The notes below the pieces were generated by a model that was not told the DNA's origin, did no database searches, and was given only the letters and a program-made list of their open reading frames with translations. A DNA stretch of 60,491 nucleotides, from assembly GCF_006345805.1 (NCBI RefSeq), contig NW_021832559.1, forward strand, positions 1 to 60,491. The letters run 5' to 3'. The stretch's first letter is position 1; each line of letters begins with the position of its first letter. The position numbers were made by a program, and so were the translations under genes. Positions 11,785 to 22,333 of the stretch are shown piece after piece. This stretch comes from Octopus sinensis. Its lineage: Eukaryota.

Positions 11785-12009
11785 CGTGGTCTGATCAATA
11801 AGTATCCGGACTGTTGCCATAGTAACGAAGCTAAATCTACGCACATTCCTTCCAAGCACTGCTGTATACAGCGGAAGTGAGCTAGAATGTTAAAACTTAG
11901 TGCACATGCACAGAAAAGTTCACGGACAATCTGTGCCAAGCGGCTTCACTTTTCATGCTTTGGCTTCGTTACTATGCCGACAGTTCAGATAATTTTTGAA
12001 CAGACTTCG
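11785..12009. mobile_element. mariner-type MITE
   Basis: TA-CGTGGTCTGATCAATAAGTATCCGGACTGTTGCCATAGTAACGAAGC ... GCTTCGTTACTATGCCGACAGTTCAGATAATTTTTGAACAGACTTCG-TA. TA TSD and TIRs of about 50 bp. Confidence 0.85.
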
Positions 12010-12039
12010 TATACACTCACACAGGCGCGCGCGCATGCA

Positions 12040-12304
12040 CTCTTTTACTTGTTTCGGTCATTTGACTGCGGCCATGCTGTAGCACTGCCTTTTGTTGAAC
12101 AAATCGACCCCAGGGCTTATTCATTGTAAGCCTAGTACTTATTTTATCGATACATCTTGCCGAACCACTAAGTTACGAGGACGTAAACACACCCACAACC
12201 GTTATCAAGCAACGTTGGCGGGACTGACTCAGTCACACAAACATATATATATATATATAAGACGGGCTTCTTTCAGTTTCCGTCTCCCAAATCCACTCAC
12301 AACT

Positions 12305-12378
<74 letters not shown>

Positions 12379-12540
12379 TACGAAGGTTTCTTTAATTTCA
12401 GTCGGCCAAATCCATTCACAAGGCATTGGTCGGTCTGGGGCTATAGTAGAAGACACTTGACCAAGGTATGCCAAACAATGGAACTGAACTCAAAACCATC
12501 TGGCTGGGAAACAAACGTCTGAACACACAACCATGCCTGC
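12040..12540 (-). mobile_element. SINE family B with an internal duplication around (TA)n
   Basis: The TTTCAGTTTCCGTC...CAAATCCACTCACAA segment occurs twice, at about 12270 and 12390. Confidence 0.8.
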
Positions 12541-13071
12541 ACCAATATTCTTCATTACTTTCGAAATTAATTAATTAAAACAAAAAACACTAACGAAAGG
12601 GTTACATTGACGTCCTATCAAATCCCGTCATTGTTGAAAATCTTTTTAGCATTACACCAATGTGGGACACCATCATTAATTACGATTACTCTTTTGATGT
12701 TTTGCTGATTTCAGTGATTCGACCGTGACCAAGCGGCAGCATCATTCGCAGTGCTGTTAGGCGACCGTATTGATCCCATTATTTACATCGTGGTCATCGT
12801 CGACATGCACCATAATCTTTTCCAGCTTGCTATAGTGATGACACTATAGCAAAAACCTTCCTGTTTAAGCGAGGGTTCTCCCATCGGATGAAGTTATAGA
12901 TTTAGGTCTTTCTGACTTTCTCATAGGATTTTCTTGGCAGAGATATTGGGGCTGTTTGCTACTGCCTTCACCGACTGGATGGCCGTTATCCCACAAAGAG
13001 CTCATCCATAGCATCAGTAGGTCCTGTTTCTAGTCTTGCTGGGTTTCCAGGCACCTCCCGGCTCATGAGTA

Positions 13072-13803
13072 GCGGTATTTCGTCTGTCTTTACGTTCTGA
13101 GTTCAAATTCCACCGGGCTCCATTCCGCCTTTCATCCTTTCGGGGTCGATAAATTAAGTACCAGTTGTGTACTGGGGGCGATCTAATCAACTGGCCCCCT
13201 TCCCCAAAACTTCGGGGCTTGTGCCTAGAGTAGAAAAGAATATTTAAAGGCGGAGGGAGCCGGTTCGATCGCCGAACAGGTAATACTGGTTACCTGTAGT
13301 ACCAGGTGTCATCAGTATATAATCTGCTTGGCAGTTAAAAATTGGTCATTCAATAAGTTTTGAACGATATTCTTTTCTACTCAAGGAACAAGGCCCGAAA
13401 TTTTGGGTGGGGGGAGAGCCAGTCGATTAGATCCACCTCAATACGCAACTGTTACTTAATTTATCAACCCCGAAAGGATGAAAGGCAAAATCGACCTCGG
13501 CAGAATTTAAACTCAAAACGTAGTGCCAGACGAAATACTGCTAAGCATTTCGCTCGGCGAGCTAACGATTCTGTCAGCTGGCCGCCTTTAAATATTCTTT
13601 TCTCCTCTAGGTACAAGGCCCGAAGTTTTGGGGAAGGGGGCCAGTCGATTAGATCGACCCCAGTATGCAACTGGTACTTAATTTATTGGCACCGAAAGGA
13701 TGAAAGGCGGAATGTAGCTCGGGGGGGATTTGAACTCAGAACATAAAGACAGACGAAATACCGCTAAGTATTTCGCCCGGGGTGCTAACGTTTCTGCCAG
13801 CCT
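13072..13803. mobile_element. Cluster of three SINE family A copies
   Basis: Family core found at 13072-13242 (+), 13370-13590 (-) and 13595-13803 (-). Confidence 0.85.
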
Positions 13804-14004
13804 CAAGTATTGGACGATATTGCATACCAAACTGGGTAGGTAGTGTAAATCTAGTGTAGACAATGCTCCAACATGGCCACAGTTGAATGACTGGAAACAA
13901 TAAATCAACATAAGTGACCATTATCATAGTGTTAACTCACATAAGAACTATGAATAGAAAGATATGAAACAGAATGCTAAAATGTTGCTAAGCACACAAA
14001 AGGT

Positions 14005-14077
14005 TGGAGAATCCGGGCATCGATCCCGGTACCTCTCACATGCTAAGCGAGCGCTCTACCATCTGAGCTAATTCCCC
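14005..14077 (-). tRNA. tRNA-Ala-AGC: tRNA-Ala(AGC), intact
   Basis: 73 nt, same G:U anticodon-stem variant as the 3098 copy, T4 immediately downstream. Confidence 0.96.
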
Positions 14078-14302
14078 TCACATCACTATTCGATTCTTTT
14101 TAACTAATAACCAATAAATGAACTTGATTTTCAAAGCATATGATAATTTCTTCAACGATGTGCACAACACCTGAGATTTCGGGGAAGAATCGATGACATC
14201 GACCATAGTCTTCGACTGGTGCTTATTTTATCGACATCAAATGATGGAATGCTAAGTCGACCTTGGAAGATTTTGAACTCAAAACATAAAGCCAGACAAA
14301 TA

Positions 14303-14533
14303 CCTATTTCTTTACTACCCACAAGGGGCTAAACACAGAGAGGACAAACAAGGACAGACAAACGGATTAAGTCGATTATATCGACCCCAGTGCGTAACTG
14401 GTACTTATTTAATCGACCCCGAAAGGATGAAAGGCAAAGTCGACCTCGGCGGAATTTGAACTCAGAATGTAACTGCAGACGAAATACGGCTACGCATATC
14501 GCCCGGCGTGCTAACGAGCCTGCCAGCTCGCCG
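14303..14533 (-). mobile_element. SINE family A, absent from the paralogous segment near 17190
   Basis: Full family match; the paralog runs AGACAAATGCCACAACGCATTTCG uninterrupted. Confidence 0.9.
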
Positions 14534-14702
14534 CAACGCATTTCGTCTGACGGTCTCACGATTCTGCCAACTCACCGCCTTTTATTTAGTTTTAGTTGTA
14601 TTTTTCTTGTTTTTTTTTTAACTATATATTAACGATGCTATCGTACATAGATAAGAGCGATAAAACAATTCTAAAATACAACCTCGCGATAAAATTATGA
14701 CT

Positions 14703-14775
14703 TGGAGAAACCAAGCTTCGATCTCGGTATCACGTGCATGCTAAATGAGCGTTCCACCATCAAAGCAAATTCCCT
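14703..14775 (-). pseudogene. tRNA-Ala pseudogene
   Basis: Degenerate copy nearly identical to 17342-17414. Confidence 0.8.
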
Positions 14776-14826
14776 CTCCCTCTTTTGCGTTATCATTAAT
14801 AACTAATATTTTTTTTCCTTTCTCTC

Positions 14827-15044
14827 CCTTTATATATATGTGACTGCGTGTGTATCGTTGGCGATTTTCTTCCTCTGTCTTCTCTTCCTTGGATCTTTCC
14901 TTTTCCTACGTTTCTGATGAAGAGCTCCACTCGAAACGTTAAATCCTTCTTCTTTCTTTCCTTTCTTAACACTATACTTGTTCCACGTCCTCGCGTTGTT
15001 GTGTTTTCTCTTTGTGCTTTCATGTTTGGATTAACTATACATAC

Positions 15045-15047
<3 letters not shown>
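14827..15047 (+). mobile_element. Penelope-like terminal repeat fragment carrying a hammerhead motif
   Basis: Homologous to 2005-2221 and followed by (TACA)n. Confidence 0.65.
14910..14944 (+). ncRNA. Minimal type I hammerhead ribozyme motif
   Basis: GTTT-CTGATGA-A-GAG ctcca CTC-GAA-ACGT-T-AAAT. Confidence 0.7.
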
Positions 15048-15089
<42 letters not shown>

Positions 15090-15258
15090 AATTGAGATAG
15101 GGGTTGTAAATGCAACCCTCCATGGGATAACATATATCCAATATACTGCTAGTGAAGTACCCAACAAAGTTAATACATAAATGTTAAGGATTGCGATGCA
15201 ATCAATTCATTTACCGTATTATATAGGCAAAGGTAAAATGATTTACCACAAATTACTA

Positions 15259-15501
15259 ATACAAGATAAGAAAATGGAGAAATACATCTAAATCAAATAT
15301 CAATTATCAGATAATACTCAATCACATACTTTATTAAACTACCACATAAGAGACTGTTGGGTTAAACATAAAAAAGCAGAACAAATCAGTGTACAGAAAG
15401 GAACCCTACAGTCTCTTATGTGGTAGTTTAATAAAGTATGTGATTGAGTACTATCTGATAATTGATATTTGATTTAGATGTATTTCTCCATTTTCTTATC
15501 T

Positions 15502-15506
<5 letters not shown>
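15259..15506. mobile_element. Fold-back element: 105-bp inverted arms, 38-bp spacer, TA-flanked (Tc1/mariner-type MITE or internal-deletion derivative)
   Basis: 15259-15363 versus 15402-15506 shows 2 mismatches; termini are TA-CAAG...CTTG-TA. Confidence 0.8.
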
Positions 15507-15557
<51 letters not shown>

Positions 15558-15707
15558 CTTCTTTGTATTTAAACGTTGTAATTTGTAAAAATGAAGATAT
15601 TTTCAGACATAAAAGAATGTGTATAACTTCTTAGGACGCAACTATGATATACATAAGTAGAATGACAACAAAATTTTAAAACAACAAATACAAAAATTTT
15701 CAAAGTA

Positions 15708-15780
15708 TGGAGAATCCGGGCATCGATCCCGGTACCTCCCGCATGCTAAGCGAGCGCTCTACCATCTGAGCTAATTCCCC
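15708..15780 (-). tRNA. tRNA-Ala-AGC: tRNA-Ala(AGC), intact (one anticodon-stem U:G variant)
   Basis: 73 nt with a single substitution; T5 downstream. Confidence 0.93.
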
Positions 15781-15798
15781 TGAAATATGGCTCGGTAT

Positions 15799-15812
15799 TT
15801 AATTATTAACAT
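15799..15812 (-). promoter_or_regulatory. Conserved AT-rich/TATA-like element about 20-32 nt upstream of tRNA-Ala genes
   Basis: ATGTTAATAATTAA on the minus strand at 15799-15812, 16519-16532 and 20644-20657, with variants at 19648-19658 and 22130-22139. The spacing is conserved while the intervening bases vary. Confidence 0.55.
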
Positions 15813-15950
15813 GAGTGTAGGAGTGGCTGTGCGTTATGTAGCTTGCTTAACAACCACAAGGTTCCTGGTTCAGTCCTACTGCGTGACACCCTGGTCCGAC
15901 CAAAGCCTTGTGAGTGGATTTGGTAGGCGGAAATTGAAAGAAGCCCATCG

Positions 15951-15982
<32 letters not shown>

Positions 15983-16195
15983 CATATGTGTGTATCTCTA
16001 TGTTTCTCCCCCACCATCGCTTGACAACCGATTTTGGTGTGTATACGCCCCCGTAACATTAGCGATTCGGCTAAAGATACCAATAGAATAAGTACTAGGC
16101 TTACAAAGAATAAGTCCTGGAGTCGATTTGCTCGACTGAAGGTGGTGCTCCAGCATGGCCGCAGTCAAATGACTGAAGCAAGTAAAAGAATTTAA
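15813..16195 (+). mobile_element. SINE family B, head-to-head with the tRNA at 15708
   Basis: The head begins about 32 nt upstream of the tRNA 5' end. Confidence 0.9.
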
Positions 16196-16427
16196 AAATA
16201 TTTAATACAATGTGTGTGACCATTTACGACAGTCACGGGCAACTTGCGGCAGTTTCTGAATGGCACCTGTTTTCTAGGGTTGCGACCATCCTGGTGGTAA
16301 GTCATATTTCATGCGGCCCGCTTCACGAAAAATGTAGTTCATACCTGATTTACGATAAAACGCTGATATGTATTTGTAGAAACGATAACAGAATTCCAAA
16401 ACAAAAACTCACTAAAAAGCTAAGAGT

Positions 16428-16500
16428 TGGAGAATCCGGGCATCGATCCCGGTACCTCTCGCATGCTAAGCGAGCGCTCTACCATCTGAGCTAATTCCCC
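16428..16500 (-). tRNA. tRNA-Ala-AGC: tRNA-Ala(AGC), intact
   Basis: Identical to the 7059 copy; T5 downstream. Confidence 0.97.
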
Positions 16501-16801
16501 TGACGCTTGGCTCAGCATTTAATTATTAACATGAGTGTAGGAGTGGTTGTGCGAAACACGTGTTATGGTTAAATTATTTGATATAGTTATAATATTTAGG
16601 GAAACATTTTTTCAAAATGAGGATTAAGAAAAACCCAAGGATGAAGAATAGAGGAATAGTCATTGAATAGTGAGAGAGGGGTAATGCATGGGGAATAGTA
16701 GAAGTGTCATTTAATAATGAAAGAGGGGGTCGTAGAGGAAATGTAAAAGTGTGACATACTGACACTCACTTTCGAATTTATCATTGTATATATTTATAAG
16801 G

Positions 16802-16834
<33 letters not shown>

Positions 16835-16903
16835 TGTACGACTATATATGTGAACAATAGTAGAATTCTAAAACAAGGTAGCTGAAATTAAAATGTTCAT
16901 AAT

Positions 16904-16974
16904 TGGAGAAACAGAGTATCGATCCCGGTACCTCTCACATGCAAAGCGAGCGCTCTACCATCTGAGCTAATTCC
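16904..16974 (-). pseudogene. tRNA-Ala(TGC) probable pseudogene
   Basis: TGC anticodon, but the first two 5' G residues are lost and the T-stem/acceptor region is mutated (AAACAGAGTATC). Confidence 0.8.
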
Positions 16975-17341
16975 AGACGTTACGTTCTCCTAATTAATAA
17001 TCAATAAATGAACTTAAAAAACATATAATAATGTTTCTACCATCAACACAACACCTGAGATTTGGGGGTAAGGGTTTAGTCGATGACATCAACCATAGTG
17101 CTCGATTGGTACTTACTGACCTGCAAGGATGGAAGGCTAAATCGACCTCGGAAGATTTCGAACTCAGAACCTAAAGCCAGACAAATGCCACAACGCATTT
17201 CGTCTAACGTTCTCACGATTCTGCCAACTCACCGCCATTTTTTTTAGTTTTAGTTGTTTACTTTTTAGTATATATTAACGATGATATCAAACTTAGATGA
17301 AAGCGATAATACAATTCTAACCGTGCGATAAAATTGTGACT

Positions 17342-17414
17342 TGGAGAAACCAAGCTTCGATCTCGGTATCACGTGCATGCTAAATGAGCGTTCCACCATC
17401 AAAACAAATTCCCT
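17342..17414 (-). pseudogene. tRNA-Ala pseudogene
   Basis: Paralog of 14703-14775 with shared lesions. Confidence 0.8.
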
Positions 17415-17476
17415 CTCCCTCTTTTTCACTATCATTAATAACTAATATTTTTTCTTTCTCTTCCATTACATATATC

Positions 17477-17702
17477 GACGAGCTGGCAGAAACGTCAGCA
17501 CGCCGGGCGAAATGCGTAGCCGTATTTCGTCAGTCGTTACGTTGTGAGTTCAAATTCCGCCGAGGTCGACTTTGCCTTTCATCCTTTCGAGGTCGATAAA
17601 TAACGGACCAGTTACGCACTGGGGTCGATGTAATCGACTTAATCCCTTTGTCTGTCCTTGTTTGCCCACTCTGTGTTTAGCCCCCTATGGGCAATAAAGA
17701 AA
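17477..17702 (+). mobile_element. SINE family A
   Basis: Full family match. Confidence 0.9.
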
Positions 17703-17955
17703 CTATATATATATATATATATTTGCTCAACTAAAGGTGGTGCTCCAGCATGGCCCCAGTCAACTGACTGAAACAAGTAAAAGAGTATATATATTTGTTT
17801 CTTTGTATTTAAACGCTGTAATTTAAAATGTGATATCTTGTACATTTGACTGTAGAAATGAAGCTATTTTCAGACATAATAGAATGTGTATAACTTCTTA
17901 GGACATAAGTTGAATGACAAGAAAATGTTAAAACAAACACAAAATTTACAATACA

Positions 17956-18028
17956 TGGAGAATCCGGGCATCGATCCCGGTACCTCTCGCATGCTAAGCG
18001 AGCGCTCTACCATCTGAGCTAATTCCCC
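17956..18028 (-). tRNA. tRNA-Ala-AGC: tRNA-Ala(AGC), intact
   Basis: Identical to the 7059 and 16428 copies; 3' flank homologous to that of the 15708 copy. Confidence 0.97.
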
Positions 18029-18059
18029 TGGCGTTCAGTTTTATCTTTAATAATTGATA

Positions 18060-18612
18060 TAGGCGCAGGAGTAGCTCTGCATTAAGTAGCTTGCTTACCA
18101 ACCACAAGTCTCCGGGTTCAGTTCCACTACATGGGACCTTGATAATACATACATACATACTACATACATACATACATACACACACATATACATACATACA
18201 TACATACACATATACATACATACATACATACATACATACATACATACATACACACATACATATACAGGGTGTCCCAAAAAATGTATACACACCTTAAATA
18301 ATTGTAAATTTGTTATTCTTTGTAAGCCTAGTACTTATTCTATCGTTCTCTTTTGCCGAACCACTATGTGTATACATTTTTTTGGGACACCCTGTATATA
18401 TATATGTTTGTGTGTCTATGTTTGTTTCCCCTGTACCATTGCTTGACTACCGATGTTGGTGTGATTACGTCCTAGTAACTTAGCGGTTCAGCAAAAGATA
18501 CCAATAGAATAAGTACTAGGCTTAGTAAAATAAGTCCTGGGGCTGGTTTCTCCGACGAAAGGTGGTGCTCCATCATGGCCGCAGTCAAATGACTGACACA
18601 AGTAAAAACAAA
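18060..18612 (+). mobile_element. SINE family B with a nested Tc1/mariner MITE
   Basis: Family head and tail are present, interrupted at 18265-18394. Confidence 0.85.
18265..18394. mobile_element. 130-bp Tc1/mariner MITE
   Basis: TA-CAGGGTGTCCCAAAAAATGTATACAC ... GTGTATACATTTTTTTGGGACACCCTG-TA. Confidence 0.9.
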
Positions 18613-18645
18613 TAAAGTGAATGTGTGTGACCTCATAGGACAGTC

Positions 18646-19030
18646 TGGAGGCGCAATGGCCCAGTGGTTAGGGCAGTGGACTCGCGGTCGTAGGTTCGTG
18701 GTTTCGATTCCCAGACCGGGCGTTGTGAGTGTTTATTGAGCGAAAACACCTAAAGCTCCACGAGGCTCTGGCAGGGGGTGGCAGTGTACCCTGCTGGACT
18801 CTTTCACCACAACTTTCTCTCACTCTTTCTTCCTGTTTCTGTTGTACCTGTATTTCAAAGGGCCGGCCTTGTCACTCTCTGTGTCACGCTGAATATCCCC
18901 GAGAACTACGTTAAGGGTACACGTGTCTGTGGAGTGCTCAGCCACTTACACGTTAATTTCACGAGCAGGCTGTTCCGTTGATCGGATCAACCAGAACCCT
19001 CGTCGTCGTAACCGACGGAGTGCTTCCAAC
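18646..19030 (+). mobile_element. SINE family C with tail 1
   Basis: TSD CATA(G/T)GACAGTC at 18634-18645 and 19031-19042. Confidence 0.9.
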
Positions 19031-19167
19031 CATATGACAGTCACGGGCAACTTGCGGCAGTTTCTGAATGGCGCGTTTATTTTTAGTGTTTCCACCAACC
19101 TGATGCTAAGCCATATTGCATTTGGCTCGATTCATGAAAAATGTAAATCATACGTGATTTACGATAT

Positions 19168-19477
19168 CACCGTGATCACCATGACCGACCAGACCATCAG
19201 ATGTTGCTACGCATCGCTGGTCACAATGTGCTTCGCATTGTTTTAGCCTTCGAATGACGCCACCCCGCTGGCTAAGCGAGCAGGCCAATAGAAGAAAGAG
19301 TGAGAGAAAGTTGTGGTGAAAGAGTACAGCAGGGATCGCCACCACCTGCTGCCGGAGCCTCGTGGAGCTTTAGGGGTCTTCGCTCAATAAACACTCACAA
19401 CGCTCGGTCTGGGAATCGAAAACGCGATCCTACGACCGCGAGCCCGCTGCCCTTAAGCACTGGGCCATTGTACTTCC
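19168..19477 (-). mobile_element. SINE family C with tail 3
   Basis: Same head and body as the tail-1 form but a different 3' ~130 nt. Perfect TSD GATTTACGATAT at 19156-19167 and 19478-19489. Confidence 0.88.
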
Positions 19478-19555
19478 GATTTACGATATAACGGCAAAAT
19501 ATATTTTGTAAAAACGATAACAGAATTCCAAAATAAGAACCATTACGCTGGGAAT

Positions 19556-19628
19556 TGGAGAATCCGGGTATCGATCCCGGTACCTCTCGCATGCAAAGCG
19601 AGCGCTCTACCACCTGAGCTAATTCCCC
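19556..19628 (-). tRNA. tRNA-Ala-TGC: tRNA-Ala(TGC), intact
   Basis: Anticodon loop TTTGCAT, G3:U70, all stems paired. Confidence 0.95.
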
Positions 19629-19837
19629 TTGTACATCTCAGAATTTCATTATTAACATATGATAAAATATATGTGACCCTATAAGACAGTCACGGTATTT
19701 TCTGGACGGCACTTCCAAACGAAAAATGCTATTCTATATTTTAATGTTGCGACCCGCTTCATGCTGAAGATAGCTCATGCCTGAGTTACGATGTAACGGC
19801 GATATACATATGTAAGAACGATAACATGATTCTAAAA

Positions 19838-20142
19838 CAGTGGTTCTCCACCATTCCCCGCTCCATGGACCTCTTTCATTCCTATTTTACTCACGCTGAC
19901 CCCTATAGGCTTTCGATGTTTTTAAAAAATCCTATTACTCTTTTACTCTTTTACTTGTTTCAGTCCTTTGACTGTGGTCATGCTGGAGCACCGCCTTTAG
20001 TCGAGCAAATCGACCCCGGGACTTATTCTTTGTAAGCCCAGTACTTATTCAATCGGTCTCTCATGCCGAACCGCTAAGTTATGGGAACGTGAACACACCA
20101 GCATCGGTTGTCAAGCAATGCTAGGGGGACAAACACAGACAA

Positions 20143-20214
<72 letters not shown>

Positions 20215-20516
20215 CGACAGGCTTCTTTAAGTTTCCGTCTACCAAATCCACTCACAAGGCATTGGTCGGCCCGGGGCTATAGCAGAAGACACTTGCCCAA
20301 GATGCCACGCAGTGGGACTGAACCCGGAACCATGTGGTTGGCTAGCAAGCTACTTACCACACAGCCACTCCTTGTATTATTATTATTAAATATTACTAGG
20401 AATCGTATAAAAAGTTAAAATATTTCATATATCGTATAATATTGCACATAGATTTAAGCAACAAAATCTTAAATGGACCTCCAGGGGCCATATGGCACCT
20501 GGTAGAGAAAACATTG
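19838..20516. mobile_element. hAT-type MITE with a nested SINE-B (19940-20372)
   Basis: CAGTGGTTCTC...GAGAAAACATTG termini. Perfect 8-bp TSD TTCTAAAA at 19830-19837 and 20517-20524. Confidence 0.85.
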
Positions 20517-20552
20517 TTCTAAAATATAAACTCGCACAAAAATGTTAACGTG

Positions 20553-20625
20553 TGGAGAATCCGGGCATCGATCCCGGTACCTCTCGCATGCTAAGCGAGC
20601 GCTCTACCATCTGAGCTAATTCCCC
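20553..20625 (-). tRNA. tRNA-Ala-AGC: tRNA-Ala(AGC), intact
   Basis: Identical to the consensus copy; T5 downstream. Confidence 0.97.
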
Positions 20626-20654
20626 TTGTGTATTGCCCTTCCTTTAATTATTAA

Positions 20655-21248
20655 CATAAGCGTAGGAGTGACTGTGTGATAAGTGGCTTGCTTTGGATTT
20701 AGTACCACCGCATGGGCACCTTGAGCAAGTGTCTTCTACTATATATAGCCTCGGACCGACTTAGGCCTTGTGAGTGGATTTAGTAAACGGAAACTGAAAG
20801 GAGCCCGTTATATATAAAAAATTATAAATAGTGCGATACAGTAGTGTTGCTTCCCCGTAAAACAAATCACCATCAGGTTAAAGTATAAATGCCTTATACA
20901 TTAACCTGATGGTGCTTTGCTTTGCTGGATAGCAATACTCCTGTGTTGCACTATTTAATAAATTTTTCTTTGAAAACTTTTTTACTGTTCCCAGTAAGTT
21001 AACGGCTAGGCATTTCAGACGAGTATATACTGGCATTGATGTAGTGACATTTGAGATTTTGTCTTGGTGAATCTAGCCGATAAGAACTAATCAAATTTAC
21101 GTTATCAAGCGTAATTTGGAAAGTTCGAAACCTAGGTCCTAGATTATCCACATCTGGGTTGTACATTTATTTAATGTTCTTCCTACAAGTAAGATGAAAT
21201 TTTTTATATTCGCCGCCTGCTAACATTTTTGCCAGAGTATATATATAT

Positions 21249-21325
<77 letters not shown>

Positions 21326-21408
21326 ACAGTAAACCTTTACTATAGAGTCGTATATTAACGACTGCTATTTTAAGTAAATATTGGTGCATTGTTGTACCAC
21401 TATCTTTC

Positions 21409-21446
<38 letters not shown>

Positions 21447-21622
21447 GTTTGCGTGTCTCTGTCCCACCACCACTGCTTCACAACCGATGTTGGTGTGGTT
21501 ACGTCCTCGTAGCTTAGCGGTTCGGCAAAAAAGCGTGATGTGATAAGTCTTGGGTCGATTTCTTCGAATAAAGATGGTGCTCCAGCGTGGCCGCAGTCAA
21601 ATGGCTGAAACAGGTAAAAGAA
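20655..21622 (+). mobile_element. SINE family B split by later insertions
   Basis: 5' half at 20655-20815 and 3' half at 21420-21622. Confidence 0.75.
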
Positions 21623-21854
21623 TATATAATAGAATGTGTGACCATATACGTCAGACACAGAGAAACTTGTGCCAGTTTCTGAAAGGCACCTTTGTTTTTA
21701 GTGTTGCAGCCAGCCTGATGGTAAGTCATATTCATGTGGCCCGCTTCACGAAAAATGTAGCTCATACCTAATTTACAATATAACGGTGATATATATTTGT
21801 AGAAATGATAAAAGAATTCCGAAATAAAATTGCGCTAAATAATACGTTATGAAT

Positions 21855-21927
21855 TGGAGAATCCGGGCATCGATCCCGGTACCTCTCGCATGCAAAGCGA
21901 GCGCTCTACCATCTGAGCTAATTCCCC
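21855..21927 (-). tRNA. tRNA-Ala-TGC: tRNA-Ala(TGC), intact
   Basis: Differs from the 16428 AGC gene only at anticodon position 34. Confidence 0.96.
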
Positions 21928-22037
21928 ATTCCACAGGTTGCTCATGTTAGATAAATATGAAAAGTTGAAAACAAACCCGGAATATCAAACGTAAATGAAA
22001 TCAATAGGCAAGTTATGAAAAACAAAAGAAACTTCAA

Positions 22038-22110
22038 TGGAGAATCCGGGCATCGATCCCGGTACCTCTCGCATGCAAAGCGAGCGCTCTACCATCTGAG
22101 CTAATTCCCC
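22038..22110 (-). tRNA. tRNA-Ala-TGC: tRNA-Ala(TGC), intact
   Basis: Identical to the 21855 copy. Confidence 0.96.
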
Positions 22111-22207
22111 TTGCGTTATTCATATGTCCATTATTAACAGATGGTGCTATTAAGTTAGACATGACCAGGGCCTATACTGGCCGAAACCTATCGAAGTTAA
22201 AGTTATA

Positions 22208-22245
<38 letters not shown>

Positions 22246-22292
22246 GAACAATAACAGAATTTTAAATAAGCAGGCACTAAAACGTTCAGAGA

Positions 22293-22333
22293 TGGAGAAT
22301 CCAGGCATCGATCCCGGTACCTCTCGCATGCAA
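22293..22333 (-). pseudogene. tRNA-Ala 3'-half fragment
   Basis: The match ends at the anticodon loop (GCATGCAA). Confidence 0.8.
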
